Positions 1-9,053 of a DNA stretch of 64,000 nt are shown here, piece after piece. The translations under genes and the position numbers were made by a program. The first letter of the stretch is position 1; each line of letters begins with the position of its first letter. The DNA comes from Deltaproteobacteria bacterium (GTDB lineage: Bacteria > Desulfobacterota > Binatia > UBA12015): positions 1 through 64,000 of the forward strand of contig JAYGCM010000057.1 in the NCBI GenBank assembly GCA_046583355.1, read 5' to 3'. The notes below the pieces were generated by a model that was not told where the DNA came from, searched no databases, and saw nothing but the letters and a program-made list of their open reading frames with translations.

Positions 1-218
1 TGACGGCCGAGTACGAGCCGCTGCGCGACGAGGGCGAAGCCTATGCGGAACGCCTCAAGGCAGCCGGCGTCGAATGCGATCTCGTGCGCTACGACGGCGT
101 GGTGCACGGGTTCTTCGGCATGCACGACGTCCTGCCCAAGGCGCAACTGGCGGTCGGCCGCGCCGCCCAGAACCTGCGCCGCGCATTCGGCACCACAGCG
201 GCCGGCAAGACGCCCTGA
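1..218 (+). CDS. alpha/beta hydrolase (HSL/Aes-like esterase), 3' end only
   Basis: Frame from nt 3 reads TAEYEPLRDEGEAYAERLKAAGV...YDGVVHGFFGM to TGA 216-218, the typical C-terminus with the catalytic His (HGF). Confidence 0.85.
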   Translation, partial: TAEYEPLRDEGEAYAERLKAAGVECDLVRYDGVVHGFFGMHDVLPKAQLAVGRAAQNLRRAFGTTAAGKTP

Positions 219-393
219 AGCCCCGCTAGCGAACCGCCTTGAGCCATTGGCCGGAAATCACTCCCATTCGGCCCGCGGAGTGAAAACACCGTATTGACTA
301 ACGCTTGTTGACTGTGCGAAAGCTGTAGCAAGGGTACCCCTTCGGGTTTCGCCCTTGAGAATAGCCACAATCTGTTTCTGCAGGAGGAACCAC

Positions 394-2409
394 ATGTCTC
401 GCCCACACACCTCGATTCGTACGCTCGCGCTCGCGACCGCCGTGCTCATGGCCGCGCCCGCCACCTCGGAAGCCGCCTTTGACTGGAACGCCGATATCGC
501 GGCGCCCTCGGTGCAGGCCAGCTCGCCGCTCAGCAAGGCGGCCCTGAAATGCCAGAAGCGCATTGCGAGAGAGACCGGCAAGTACCTCAAGCGCATCATC
601 AAGGCCCAGGCGAAATGCTGGGCGAGCAAGAAGGTCGCCCCGCAGGATTGCCTGACCGCCAAAGACGAGGAAAAGCTCGACAAGGCCTTCGCAAAAACGG
701 TCGAATTGATTGATAAAGATTGCGCGGCCAGCCTGGTCGACGAGGGCGCCTTGCCCAACCTCTGGACCGCAGCACCCTTCTATGGCGACGGCGAGGCAGC
801 CGCGAGCTGCTTCCTCGGCCAGGCGCATGCCATCGGCGAGGTCGTAGCCGGCAACAATCAGGGCATCGTAACCGACCTCGGCATCGACTCGAAGGATCGT
901 GCCAAATGCATCAGGCGCGTGAGCAGCGAGGGCACCAAGGTGGCCACAGGCACCGTGAAAACGATCGCTCGCTGCCTCGACAAGCAGCTGAAATCTGGCA
1001 GCATAGACGACCTCGGCCCGGTCTGCTTCGGCACGGTCACAGGCGGCGTCTATACCGCACCGAGCGATGAAAAGACCGCCGAGAAACTACTGAAAATATT
1101 CGACAAGGCGGAATTCAAGATCGCCAAAGACTGCGATGTGGTCGAGACAGCCGGCCTGATCGAGAGCCTCCCGGCCTGCTCGGGTTCGCAGACAGTCGCC
1201 GACCTCTACAGCTGCGCCATCGGTGAGTCCTACGCCTACGGCGTCGACGTCGCGACCATCGCCTACGCCGAATCCGCAATCGTACTCTCGCCGAGCGATT
1301 CCGTGCAGGCCGCGGTCGATTCCGCCGCTGCCGGCAGCAAGTTCCTGCTGCGCAAGGGCACCTACGAACAGGCCACCGTCATCACCTCGGGAGACCTCTC
1401 CTTTGTCGGCTGCGGTTCGGCCGAGGACGACCGCCCTCTCTTCCTGCCCCCCGCCGGCGGCACAGAGACCAACGGCTTCAATGCGACCTCGCCAAACGGC
1501 CAGCCGCCATTGGAGAATCTGGTCTTCCAATCCCTCGCCTTTGGTTCGGACGAGAACCCTTGGGACGAGAACGGCATCTTCATCTCCAATGCCAACAACC
1601 TCCTGATACGCGATATCTACGCCAACGGCGGCAACGTATCGGTCTACGGCGTCTACCCGGTCCGCAGCACCAACGTCCTGCTTGAGACCTCGGATGTCGA
1701 CAATACCCGCGACGCCGGCCATTACGTCGGCCAGACGGTCGACTGCGAGGTGCGCTTCAATTCGGCGCTCAACAACCCGGCCGGCATTGAAATCGAGAAC
1801 TCCGGCTATTGCGATGTGCATAACAATATCGCCACCGGCAATACCGCCGGCTTGCTGATCTTCAAGCTTCCCGGCCCGGCCCTGCAGATCTCCAAGCACC
1901 ACGATATCCACCACAATTACGTGGCCGACAACAACGTCGACCCGAATAATTGCCACGACCCGACAGGTCAGGCCGCCATCTGCGCGGCGGTTCCCGGAAC
2001 CGGCCTGATGCTACTCTCGGACCGTTTCAGCACATACCGGCACAACGTGATCCGCGACAACAAGACCTGGGGCTTCCTCGCCATCGACCAGGAGACGGTG
2101 AATGTGTTTGTCGCCCCCGGCAGCTTTGACCCGGTCAGTGATCCGCAGGCGCTCGAGGGCCATTGCCTGCGCAACAACTCACTGACCAATAATGGCTATA
2201 ATGCACATTCCGGTGCTCCTCCCGGAACCGAGGGGCACGTCCTGCATCTGCCGCTTGGCGCACGGACCTTCAGTAGCGGCTGGTTCGACAATGCCACGGC
2301 ACAGCCCATCCTGGGAAGCCAGCCGGGCGGCTTGCTAACGACCTGTCCGGATCCGGCAACCTTGCCCTCCGCAGTCGGGGCCTTCGTCGACGGCCCGATC
2401 CTCTTCTGA
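394..2409 (+). CDS. Secreted protein: N-terminal Cys-rich helical module plus parallel beta-helix domain
   Basis: AGGAGG before ATG 394; signal peptide (..SEA-AF); beta-helix motifs YGVYPV..DAGHYVGQ..NPAGIEIENS..GNTAGLLIFKLPG resemble the TIGR03805-type family. Confidence 0.8.
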   Translation: MSRPHTSIRTLALATAVLMAAPATSEAAFDWNADIAAPSVQASSPLSKAALKCQKRIARETGKYLKRIIKAQAKCWASKKVAPQDCLTAKDEEKLDKAFAKTVELIDKDCAASLVDEGALPNLWTAAPFYGDGEAAASCFLGQAHAIGEVVAGNNQGIVTDLGIDSKDRAKCIRRVSSEGTKVATGTVKTIARCLDKQLKSGSIDDLGPVCFGTVTGGVYTAPSDEKTAEKLLKIFDKAEFKIAKDCDVVETAGLIESLPACSGSQTVADLYSCAIGESYAYGVDVATIAYAESAIVLSPSDSVQAAVDSAAAGSKFLLRKGTYEQATVITSGDLSFVGCGSAEDDRPLFLPPAGGTETNGFNATSPNGQPPLENLVFQSLAFGSDENPWDENGIFISNANNLLIRDIYANGGNVSVYGVYPVRSTNVLLETSDVDNTRDAGHYVGQTVDCEVRFNSALNNPAGIEIENSGYCDVHNNIATGNTAGLLIFKLPGPALQISKHHDIHHNYVADNNVDPNNCHDPTGQAAICAAVPGTGLMLLSDRFSTYRHNVIRDNKTWGFLAIDQETVNVFVAPGSFDPVSDPQALEGHCLRNNSLTNNGYNAHSGAPPGTEGHVLHLPLGARTFSSGWFDNATAQPILGSQPGGLLTTCPDPATLPSAVGAFVDGPILF

Positions 2410-2414
2410 CTTTC

Positions 2415-2452
2415 CGGACGTGTCGGGGCAGCACTCTGCCCCGACACGTCCG
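2415..2452 (+). terminator. Perfect 17-bp stem hairpin (terminator or RNA-processing/stability element)
   Basis: CGGACGTGTCGGGGCAG-cact-CTGCCCCGACACGTCCG directly after the stop at 2409; no adjacent U-tract on the + strand. Confidence 0.6.
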
Positions 2453-2466
2453 CTCAACGAGTTTTC

Positions 2467-4893
2467 ATGACCACACCTTCAGGCACCACCGTGCGGCGTG
2501 CGGCGCTGGCCGCTCTCGGCTTCTTTCTCCTGACCGTCGCCGAAATCAGCGCGGCCCCTATCCCCACCACCGCGGAAGATTTTCGACTGCCCGGCACGCA
2601 GCCGCTCTCGCTGAACGCGGAGATTGCGGCACCGGATGCGTGCACCAATTGCCACTCAGATTATGGCCACGACGCGGTCGAACCCTACGCGAATTGGGCC
2701 GGCTCGATGATGGCACAATCGGCCCGCGATCCACTTACCTGGGCCGCCATCGCCATCGCCAACCAGGACGCCGACCATAGCGGCGAGACCTGCTTGCGCT
2801 GTCACGTACCCAAGGCCTGGCTGGAAGGACGCTCAACACCCGAGGACGGCTCGGAAGTCACGGCCGCCGACCGCGAGGGCGTGCAATGCAATCTCTGCCA
2901 CCGCCTGGTCGACCCGCTCGGCGTAGCCGGCGCACCGGCCGAAGACGCGGCCATCCTCGCCAGCCTGAGCGAACCGGTGACGACCTTCGGCAACGCCATG
3001 ATGGTGCTGGACCCCAACGACAGTCTGCGCGGCCCCTCCGATATCATTACCGACCTCGGTGAGGATCCGCATATCCCCAACCGCACGACCCTGATCTCGC
3101 CCTTCCACAAGACCGCCGACCTTTGCGGCACCTGCCACGACCTGCGCAACCCCATCTTCACGCGCGACTCTGAGGGAAATTATATTCCCAATGCGCTCGA
3201 CGAACCCGGCGACCCGGCCCTCGGCTTCCCCGAGCAGCTCACCTATACGGAGTGGAAGCTCAGCGAGTTCGCCGATACCGGCGTGGTCGATGCGCGCTTC
3301 GGCGGCAACGCCGCGCTACTCACGACCTGCCAGGATTGCCATATGCCGGATGCGCGCGGACGTGCCGCCAAAGACGCGCCCATCCGTGACGATCTGCCGG
3401 TGCATACGCTGGTCGGCGCCAATACCTTCGTGCCGAAAATCATTCCGCACCACCCGGTCTTCGGCGCAGAAGTCGATGCCGCTCTGCTCGACCTGGGCGT
3501 CGAGGCGGCCACCGACCTGCTGCGGCGCTCGGCGGACCTGAGCGCCCGACTGGAAAACGGCGTGCTCCATGTCCGCGTGATCAATCGCACGGGCCATAAA
3601 TTGCCTACCGGATACCCCGAAGGCCGCCGCATGTGGCTGCATATCCGGGCCTTCGATGCCGACGATGCCCTGATTCTCGAGTCGGGCCGCTACGTCCACG
3701 CGACGGCCACCTTGCTGGGCTGGGGAGCCGAGCCCGGAGATACCCACCACGACGCCGCTTTGACCGTCTTTGAGTCGAGCATGGGATTGACCCAGGAATG
3801 GGCCGACACGCTCGGTCGCCCAGCCGGCAAGAGTTTTCATCTCGTGCTCAACAACGTGATCCTCAAGGATAATCGAATCCCCCCACGCGGCTTCAACGTG
3901 GCCGCCTTCGAGGCAGCCGGGGCCGGCCCGGTCGGGGCCGATTACCAGGACGGCGAATATTGGGCGGACACGAGCTACGACACGCCGGACGCCACGCGCG
4001 CCGAGGTGACGCTCTATTACCAAACGGCTTCGCGTGAATATATCGAGTTCCTCAACGACGAGAATACGACCAATGCGGCCGGACCAATCCTGCATGACCT
4101 CTGGTCCGAACACGGCCGCTCGGCACCGGTGCCCATGGCGGCCACCGTGGTCTCCGACGATGGTGCACCCGAGGCGGCTTGCCGAAAGAACGTCGGGCGT
4201 GCGCACGCCAAGCACCTGCGAAGCTGGACCAAGGCCTGGGGCAAATGTCTGGCCGCAGAGGCCAAGGGCCTGAGCTGTGATACCGCCTCCCGCGACGCTC
4301 GGCTCAGCCAGGCCGAGGCCGAGTTGGAAGACCGTTTCGGCGGCTTGAAAGACGCCAAATGCGGCGGCGAGGGACTGAGCCCGCTCTCGCTGGGCCATCA
4401 AACCGTCTGCCCGCTGCCCTGTTCGTATGCCATCACACTGCATTCGATGAGTGATCTGGCCGCGTGTGCCTCGTGCATCACCGAGAGCTTCGCCGGCGCT
4501 GCTTACGCGGCCGCCTACGGAGCCGCACCGCCCGAGTTACCCGACCTTTCGCTCTCCAAACACGCGGCGACCTGCCAGAAGCTGATCGCGAAATCGGCGG
4601 AGAAAATGGCCCAGACCTGGGCCAAGGAAATCAGCCGCTGCGAGGCCGAGCGGGCCCCCGGCGACATCGCACTCGATTGTGTGAGCGACCGCGCCGCACG
4701 ACTTGCCAAGGCGCGCCTGACGACCGAAAAACGTCTCTCGCGCTGCAAGGATTGGAGCGGGCTTGCCGGCTGCGGCACCGAAGGCAACGCGAGTGGTGCC
4801 GCACTCTGCCTTGAGGCCGCCGTGAGCGATACGATCCGAGGCTATACTTCAGTGGCCTACCCGGCCGGTGCTACCGAAGGAATCGGGCGATGA
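2467..4893 (+). CDS. Secreted multiheme (5 CxxCH) cytochrome c with C-terminal Cys-rich helical module
   Basis: Signal peptide; CTNCH (2641), CLRCH (2791), CNLCH (2887), CGTCH (3124), CQDCH (3328); GHKLPTGYPEGRRMWL motif. Confidence 0.88.
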   Translation: MTTPSGTTVRRAALAALGFFLLTVAEISAAPIPTTAEDFRLPGTQPLSLNAEIAAPDACTNCHSDYGHDAVEPYANWAGSMMAQSARDPLTWAAIAIANQDADHSGETCLRCHVPKAWLEGRSTPEDGSEVTAADREGVQCNLCHRLVDPLGVAGAPAEDAAILASLSEPVTTFGNAMMVLDPNDSLRGPSDIITDLGEDPHIPNRTTLISPFHKTADLCGTCHDLRNPIFTRDSEGNYIPNALDEPGDPALGFPEQLTYTEWKLSEFADTGVVDARFGGNAALLTTCQDCHMPDARGRAAKDAPIRDDLPVHTLVGANTFVPKIIPHHPVFGAEVDAALLDLGVEAATDLLRRSADLSARLENGVLHVRVINRTGHKLPTGYPEGRRMWLHIRAFDADDALILESGRYVHATATLLGWGAEPGDTHHDAALTVFESSMGLTQEWADTLGRPAGKSFHLVLNNVILKDNRIPPRGFNVAAFEAAGAGPVGADYQDGEYWADTSYDTPDATRAEVTLYYQTASREYIEFLNDENTTNAAGPILHDLWSEHGRSAPVPMAATVVSDDGAPEAACRKNVGRAHAKHLRSWTKAWGKCLAAEAKGLSCDTASRDARLSQAEAELEDRFGGLKDAKCGGEGLSPLSLGHQTVCPLPCSYAITLHSMSDLAACASCITESFAGAAYAAAYGAAPPELPDLSLSKHAATCQKLIAKSAEKMAQTWAKEISRCEAERAPGDIALDCVSDRAARLAKARLTTEKRLSRCKDWSGLAGCGTEGNASGAALCLEAAVSDTIRGYTSVAYPAGATEGIGR

Positions 4894-6353
4894 AGACGCT
4901 CCGCAAACTGGCCTCTCTCGTCGTCACCTTCGGCATGCTGCTGGTCGGCGCCACGTCGGCGCAGGCGCGGCCCACCTATTTTCAGGCGATGAAGACCCAT
5001 TTCGGCATCGCCGACGACTCCAACCTCGACGCCTGCTACGTCTGCCACCTGCGCTACACGGGCACCAGCACACGCAACCCCTTCGGCTACGCGGTGCAGC
5101 AATACCTCTACACCGGTAAGTCAATTCAAGAATCACTCACGCTCGTCGAAGACCTCGACAGCGATGGCGACGGCTTCACCAATATCGAGGAGCTGACAAT
5201 CGAGCTCACGTTGCCCGGATTCAGCTGCGCCAACTTCGAGGACGCGGTCGGCGCACCGCTCGGTTTCGACTCCTTCGTTACGCCCGGCATCGACACCTGC
5301 CGCGATCCGATCGAGATTCATACCGCGCCATCGACCTTTGGCTTCATCACCGACGCCAATACCGTCGATTCCCTCGAGGTTCAGATCTGGAACCTGGGCC
5401 ACGAGGACCCGCTGGTCATCGACTCGGTCGATCTCACCAATATCGGCAACACGGCTCTCTCCCTCGTCCATGATCTCATCCTGCCCGTATCAATTGCGAC
5501 GGACGAGTTCGTGACCATCGAATTGCAATTCGCGCCAAGCTCGACGCTCGCCACCTCGGCCACGCTGGAGATCGCCTCGAACGACCCGAACGACGCGCTC
5601 CTTGCACTCCCCGTGAACGCGCTCGGCACCGTCCGACCGCTGAACCCGCTCAGCGAACGCCTCGCCTGCCGCGACGTGATCCAGAAACGTCTGGCCTCCT
5701 ACGGAAAAACGCAGCTACGCGAATGGACCAAATGCTTCACCTCCGAGGCCCTCGGCTTCCGCTGTCAGGAGGCTCGCCGCGACCAGAAAATCGCCCGCGC
5801 CGAAGCGAAGCTCGCCAGCTTTGTCGGTGGCAGCAAAGACAAAGAATGCATCGGTACCGGCATGACGGCAGCACGCCTCGATATGCCGGTCACCTGTGGC
5901 GGCGGTTGCAGCGCCCTTTCGCTTACGGGCATCGCCTCCATTCGCAGCTGCGCACTCTGTCGTCAGAATGAGGCGCGCGACGCCCTGCTGCTTGCTGCCT
6001 TCGGCACCACTCCTCCCGACCTGCCCTTCGCCACAAGCGGTCGCGACGCGGCAAAATGCGTCAAGAAGATCGGCAAGGCCATGGCCAAAGTCGTACCGGC
6101 AATCCAAAAAGAGCTCGCCGCCTGCGCCAGCGAGAAGCTTGCCTCCGGCGGCGACCGCGAAGATTGCACGGCCGAGACCGCCGAGCGCATCGGCAAGCTG
6201 CGCGCCAAGGTGGATGCTGCCGTCGCTGCTTGTAGCGACATCGAGGGACTCGCTGGATGTGCCTTCGGTGACGACGCCGACCCGCTATGTGCGGGCGACG
6301 CCGCTGTGGCGATCGGCCAAAACCTCGCCGACACGGTCTGGGTCGAGTACTGA
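4890..6353 (+). CDS. Secreted monoheme protein: CxxCH + DxDxDG Ca-binding loop + Ig-like domain + Cys-rich helical module
   Basis: ATGA overlap with the upstream gene; signal peptide (..AQA-RP); CYVCH..RNPFG; DSDGDGFTNIEEL; Ig-like IWNLG..F.PS..LEIASNDP. Confidence 0.8.
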   Translation: MKTLRKLASLVVTFGMLLVGATSAQARPTYFQAMKTHFGIADDSNLDACYVCHLRYTGTSTRNPFGYAVQQYLYTGKSIQESLTLVEDLDSDGDGFTNIEELTIELTLPGFSCANFEDAVGAPLGFDSFVTPGIDTCRDPIEIHTAPSTFGFITDANTVDSLEVQIWNLGHEDPLVIDSVDLTNIGNTALSLVHDLILPVSIATDEFVTIELQFAPSSTLATSATLEIASNDPNDALLALPVNALGTVRPLNPLSERLACRDVIQKRLASYGKTQLREWTKCFTSEALGFRCQEARRDQKIARAEAKLASFVGGSKDKECIGTGMTAARLDMPVTCGGGCSALSLTGIASIRSCALCRQNEARDALLLAAFGTTPPDLPFATSGRDAAKCVKKIGKAMAKVVPAIQKELAACASEKLASGGDREDCTAETAERIGKLRAKVDAAVAACSDIEGLAGCAFGDDADPLCAGDAAVAIGQNLADTVWVEY

Positions 6354-6366
6354 GCCGGCCAAACCT

Positions 6367-7809
6367 CTAAGCCGCCTTGCGATCCGAGAGCGTGCGAAGG
6401 TTCTCGCCGTGGGACTCGCGGCTGATGCGATAGCTCGCCAAAAATCCGAGAAAAATAAGGTAGAGGATCGCGACAATCGGCAGGTAGGTGAGCGCGAGAT
6501 CCCGCAACACGGCTTCGGGCACTTGGCCCGGAACGGCATCCTCGGGAAAAGCCACGAAGGCGAGGATCCCCGTCGAGACCCAGACACCGATGCCGGAGAC
6601 GGCCTTCTGGGCAAAGCTGCGCGCCGCGAAGAACGTCCCCTCCGAGCGCCGCCCGGTGCGCATCTCGCTCTCCTCGACGATATCGGCCACCATCGAAGAG
6701 ACCAGAATTCCGGCCATGATGATCAGCGATACGTCAATGATACCGAAGACCATCAGGGCTGGCACCAGCGCGTCGCTGCCGTTCTCCGGCATCCAACCCA
6801 AAAGGCGACCGACCACCGCCATCGGCGCGAAGAAGACCGCCGAGCCCGCCGTCAGTAGGGCCGCGCGCTTCTTGCCCAGCCGCGCCGCCAGCACCGGCGT
6901 CCCGAGCAGGCCGACAAAGGCCGCGACAAAGACGCTCAGCATCAGGGCGGAAATCTGGCTGGCCGTCAACTCCCAGAAATAGGTATTGAAGTAGATATTC
7001 AAAGCGGCGCTCAGACCGGCCGCCGTCGCAGCGAAAATTCCCGCAAAAAACAGCATCAGAAAAGAATGATTGCCGAGCGTCTCTTTGAATTCGCCGAGCA
7101 CACGCCGCCGGTCGAATGCCTGCTTGGGCGGCGGCGCCTTGAGGGTCGGAATATGGCGGTGCGTGCCAATCGCCGAGACAAGGATCGCCAAGGTGATCAC
7201 CGCGCCGCAGGCCATCGCGTAGAGCTGGTAGCCGGCCGGATTCAGCTGACCATTGGGGTATTGCGCGGTCGGCTGGAAGAAAAAGGAGTAGGCCATCACC
7301 GACATCGAGAGCCCGCCGATCCAGCCGAAGAAATAGCGGAAGCTCATCATGGAGGTCCGCTGGTCGTAATCGTCGGTCAATTCGGCCACCAGCGAGCTAC
7401 TCGGGATCTCGTAGAAAGTGATCAACGTCCGTACCAGAACCGCGAAGCCCAGGAACCAGGCAAAGAGCCAGCCGGGCGTCAGGCCGGGCGGAGGACTGAA
7501 GAGAAACCAGAAGCCGATGCCGACGGGCACGGCCGAGAAATACATGAAGGGATGGCGCCGCCCCCAGCGCGAATGCCAATTATCCGAGAGATAGCCGACC
7601 AGAGGGTCGGAGATCGCATCGAGCAGCAAGGTGACCATGATGCCGGCACCCACCCAGGAATGCGGCAGGCCGAGCACCTGGTTGTAATAGAAGAGCAGGA
7701 AAAACGAGAAGCCGTTGTCCTTCACGCCAAATGCGACCGAGCCGATGCCGTAGAAAAACTTGGTCGAGTTGGAGACAGGTGCGGAGGCCGGGGCCGGGGA
7801 ATCAGGCAT
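6367..7809 (-). CDS. MFS transporter, GPH/MelB (sodium:galactoside symporter) family
   Basis: DAISDPLVGYLSD..RWGRRHPF, ELTDDYDQRT, ADIVEESE..TGRRSEGTFF; about 12 TM; probable start MPDSPAP at 7809. Confidence 0.88.
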   Translation of the reverse strand: MPDSPAPASAPVSNSTKFFYGIGSVAFGVKDNGFSFFLLFYYNQVLGLPHSWVGAGIMVTLLLDAISDPLVGYLSDNWHSRWGRRHPFMYFSAVPVGIGFWFLFSPPPGLTPGWLFAWFLGFAVLVRTLITFYEIPSSSLVAELTDDYDQRTSMMSFRYFFGWIGGLSMSVMAYSFFFQPTAQYPNGQLNPAGYQLYAMACGAVITLAILVSAIGTHRHIPTLKAPPPKQAFDRRRVLGEFKETLGNHSFLMLFFAGIFAATAAGLSAALNIYFNTYFWELTASQISALMLSVFVAAFVGLLGTPVLAARLGKKRAALLTAGSAVFFAPMAVVGRLLGWMPENGSDALVPALMVFGIIDVSLIIMAGILVSSMVADIVEESEMRTGRRSEGTFFAARSFAQKAVSGIGVWVSTGILAFVAFPEDAVPGQVPEAVLRDLALTYLPIVAILYLIFLGFLASYRISRESHGENLRTLSDRKAA

Positions 7810-8101
7810 TGCCCTTCGATAACAACCTTCGCGCCGCGCACCTACTGCCGATCGGCTCAGCGGTTCCGCAGCCACACTGAAAGCGCAAAGGCACAGGCCA
7901 GCCAACTCGGCCGCAGGCACGCCGCAGTGGCCGATGTGTCGGCATGCTCCAGCCGATCTCGCAAGGCCGCAACCAACCAACGATCATTTGTCATCAGCTG
8001 CGGGTGTAGTACCTCCTCTATGCACGGGCCCGGAGTCGTCGCTGCACAAGTAAGGACGGCGGACTCCCGGACAAAGCCCGCACCATCCCGAGGGGAGTTC
8101 G

Positions 8102-8563
8102 ATGTCGGAAAATGAAAATCAGGGTGCCTTGCGCGCCGAGCATGTTCTTGAGTACCCGTTTCGTCGCTCGCTGGGGCCCGTGTTGGAGCGCTTTTTCACG
8201 GCACTCCAGGAGCAACGCCTGCTGGGCGCAAAAACACCCAGCGGCAAGGTCATCGTGCCGCCGGCCGAATACGACCCGGATACAGCCGCGGCAATCGGCC
8301 CCGAGGACCTGGTCGAGGTCGGCCCCGGTGGCGAAGTCACCACTTGGTGCTGGGTAGCCCAGCCGCGTGAGAAACAATGCTTCGCCCATCCCTTTGCCTA
8401 TGCGCTGGTGAAGCTCGACGGCGCCGACGCGCCGATGCTCCACGCCGTCGACGCCGGCGAGGAAGCCAAGATGAAAACCGGCATGCGGGTACAGCCGCGC
8501 TGGGCGGCCGAACCCCAAGGCGGCATCCGCGACCTGGAATGTTTCGTCCCGGAGGAAAACTGA
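8102..8563 (+). CDS. OB-fold (DUF35) protein resembling the N-terminal half of Rv3521
   Basis: SLGPVLERFFTALQEQRLLG..VPPAEYDP..PFAYALVKLDGAD..HAVD..GMRV; Zn-ribbon cysteines absent. Confidence 0.8.
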   Translation: MSENENQGALRAEHVLEYPFRRSLGPVLERFFTALQEQRLLGAKTPSGKVIVPPAEYDPDTAAAIGPEDLVEVGPGGEVTTWCWVAQPREKQCFAHPFAYALVKLDGADAPMLHAVDAGEEAKMKTGMRVQPRWAAEPQGGIRDLECFVPEEN

Positions 8564-8564
8564 A

Positions 8565-9053
8565 ATGGCCGATCCCGTAAAGAGCATTATTACGCCGATC
8601 CGACTGACCTACGATTATTCGGCCGGCACCGCTGCAACGAAATTCCTGCGTGGCCTGGCAAAAGGAAAACTCCTCGGCGCCACCTGCCCGAATTGCAAAG
8701 CCGTCTACGTGCCGCCACGCGGCTCGTGCCCCAAATGCGCGGTCGCCACCGAAGGCGAGGTCGAACTCAAAGGAACCGGCACGATCATCAGTTTCTCGAT
8801 TGTCCGTGTGCCCTCGGAGAACCTCAGCTTCGAGCTGCCCTATGCCTGCATCAGCGTGCTGCTCGACGGCGCCGGCCTGCCCTTCTTCCATATCGTCCAG
8901 GATTGCGAGCTCAGCGATGTTCGGATGGGCATGCGGGTGAAGGCCCGCTGGGTCGCCGAGAAGGATCTGGACACTTCGATCAGCTCAATTGAATGCTTCG
9001 TGCCCACGGGCGAGCCCGATGCCGAGTACGAAACCTACAAGGAACATTGTTGA
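8565..9053 (+). CDS. Zn-ribbon/OB-fold (DUF35) protein
   Basis: CPNC...PPRGSCPKC Zn ribbon followed by the OB-fold GTIISFSIV..PY..V.LDG..GMRVKA. Confidence 0.88.
   Translation: MADPVKSIITPIRLTYDYSAGTAATKFLRGLAKGKLLGATCPNCKAVYVPPRGSCPKCAVATEGEVELKGTGTIISFSIVRVPSENLSFELPYACISVLLDGAGLPFFHIVQDCELSDVRMGMRVKARWVAEKDLDTSISSIECFVPTGEPDAEYETYKEHC

Noticed and set aside
218..393. Riboswitch upstream of the secreted-protein operon (CAAGGG..CCCTTG stem, two TTGACT)
   Set aside because: Compatible with an ordinary promoter and 5' UTR; no known aptamer consensus seen.
4460..5965. CASC and CALC as additional heme-binding motifs
   Set aside because: No His follows the second Cys; they belong to the shared disulfide-rich module.
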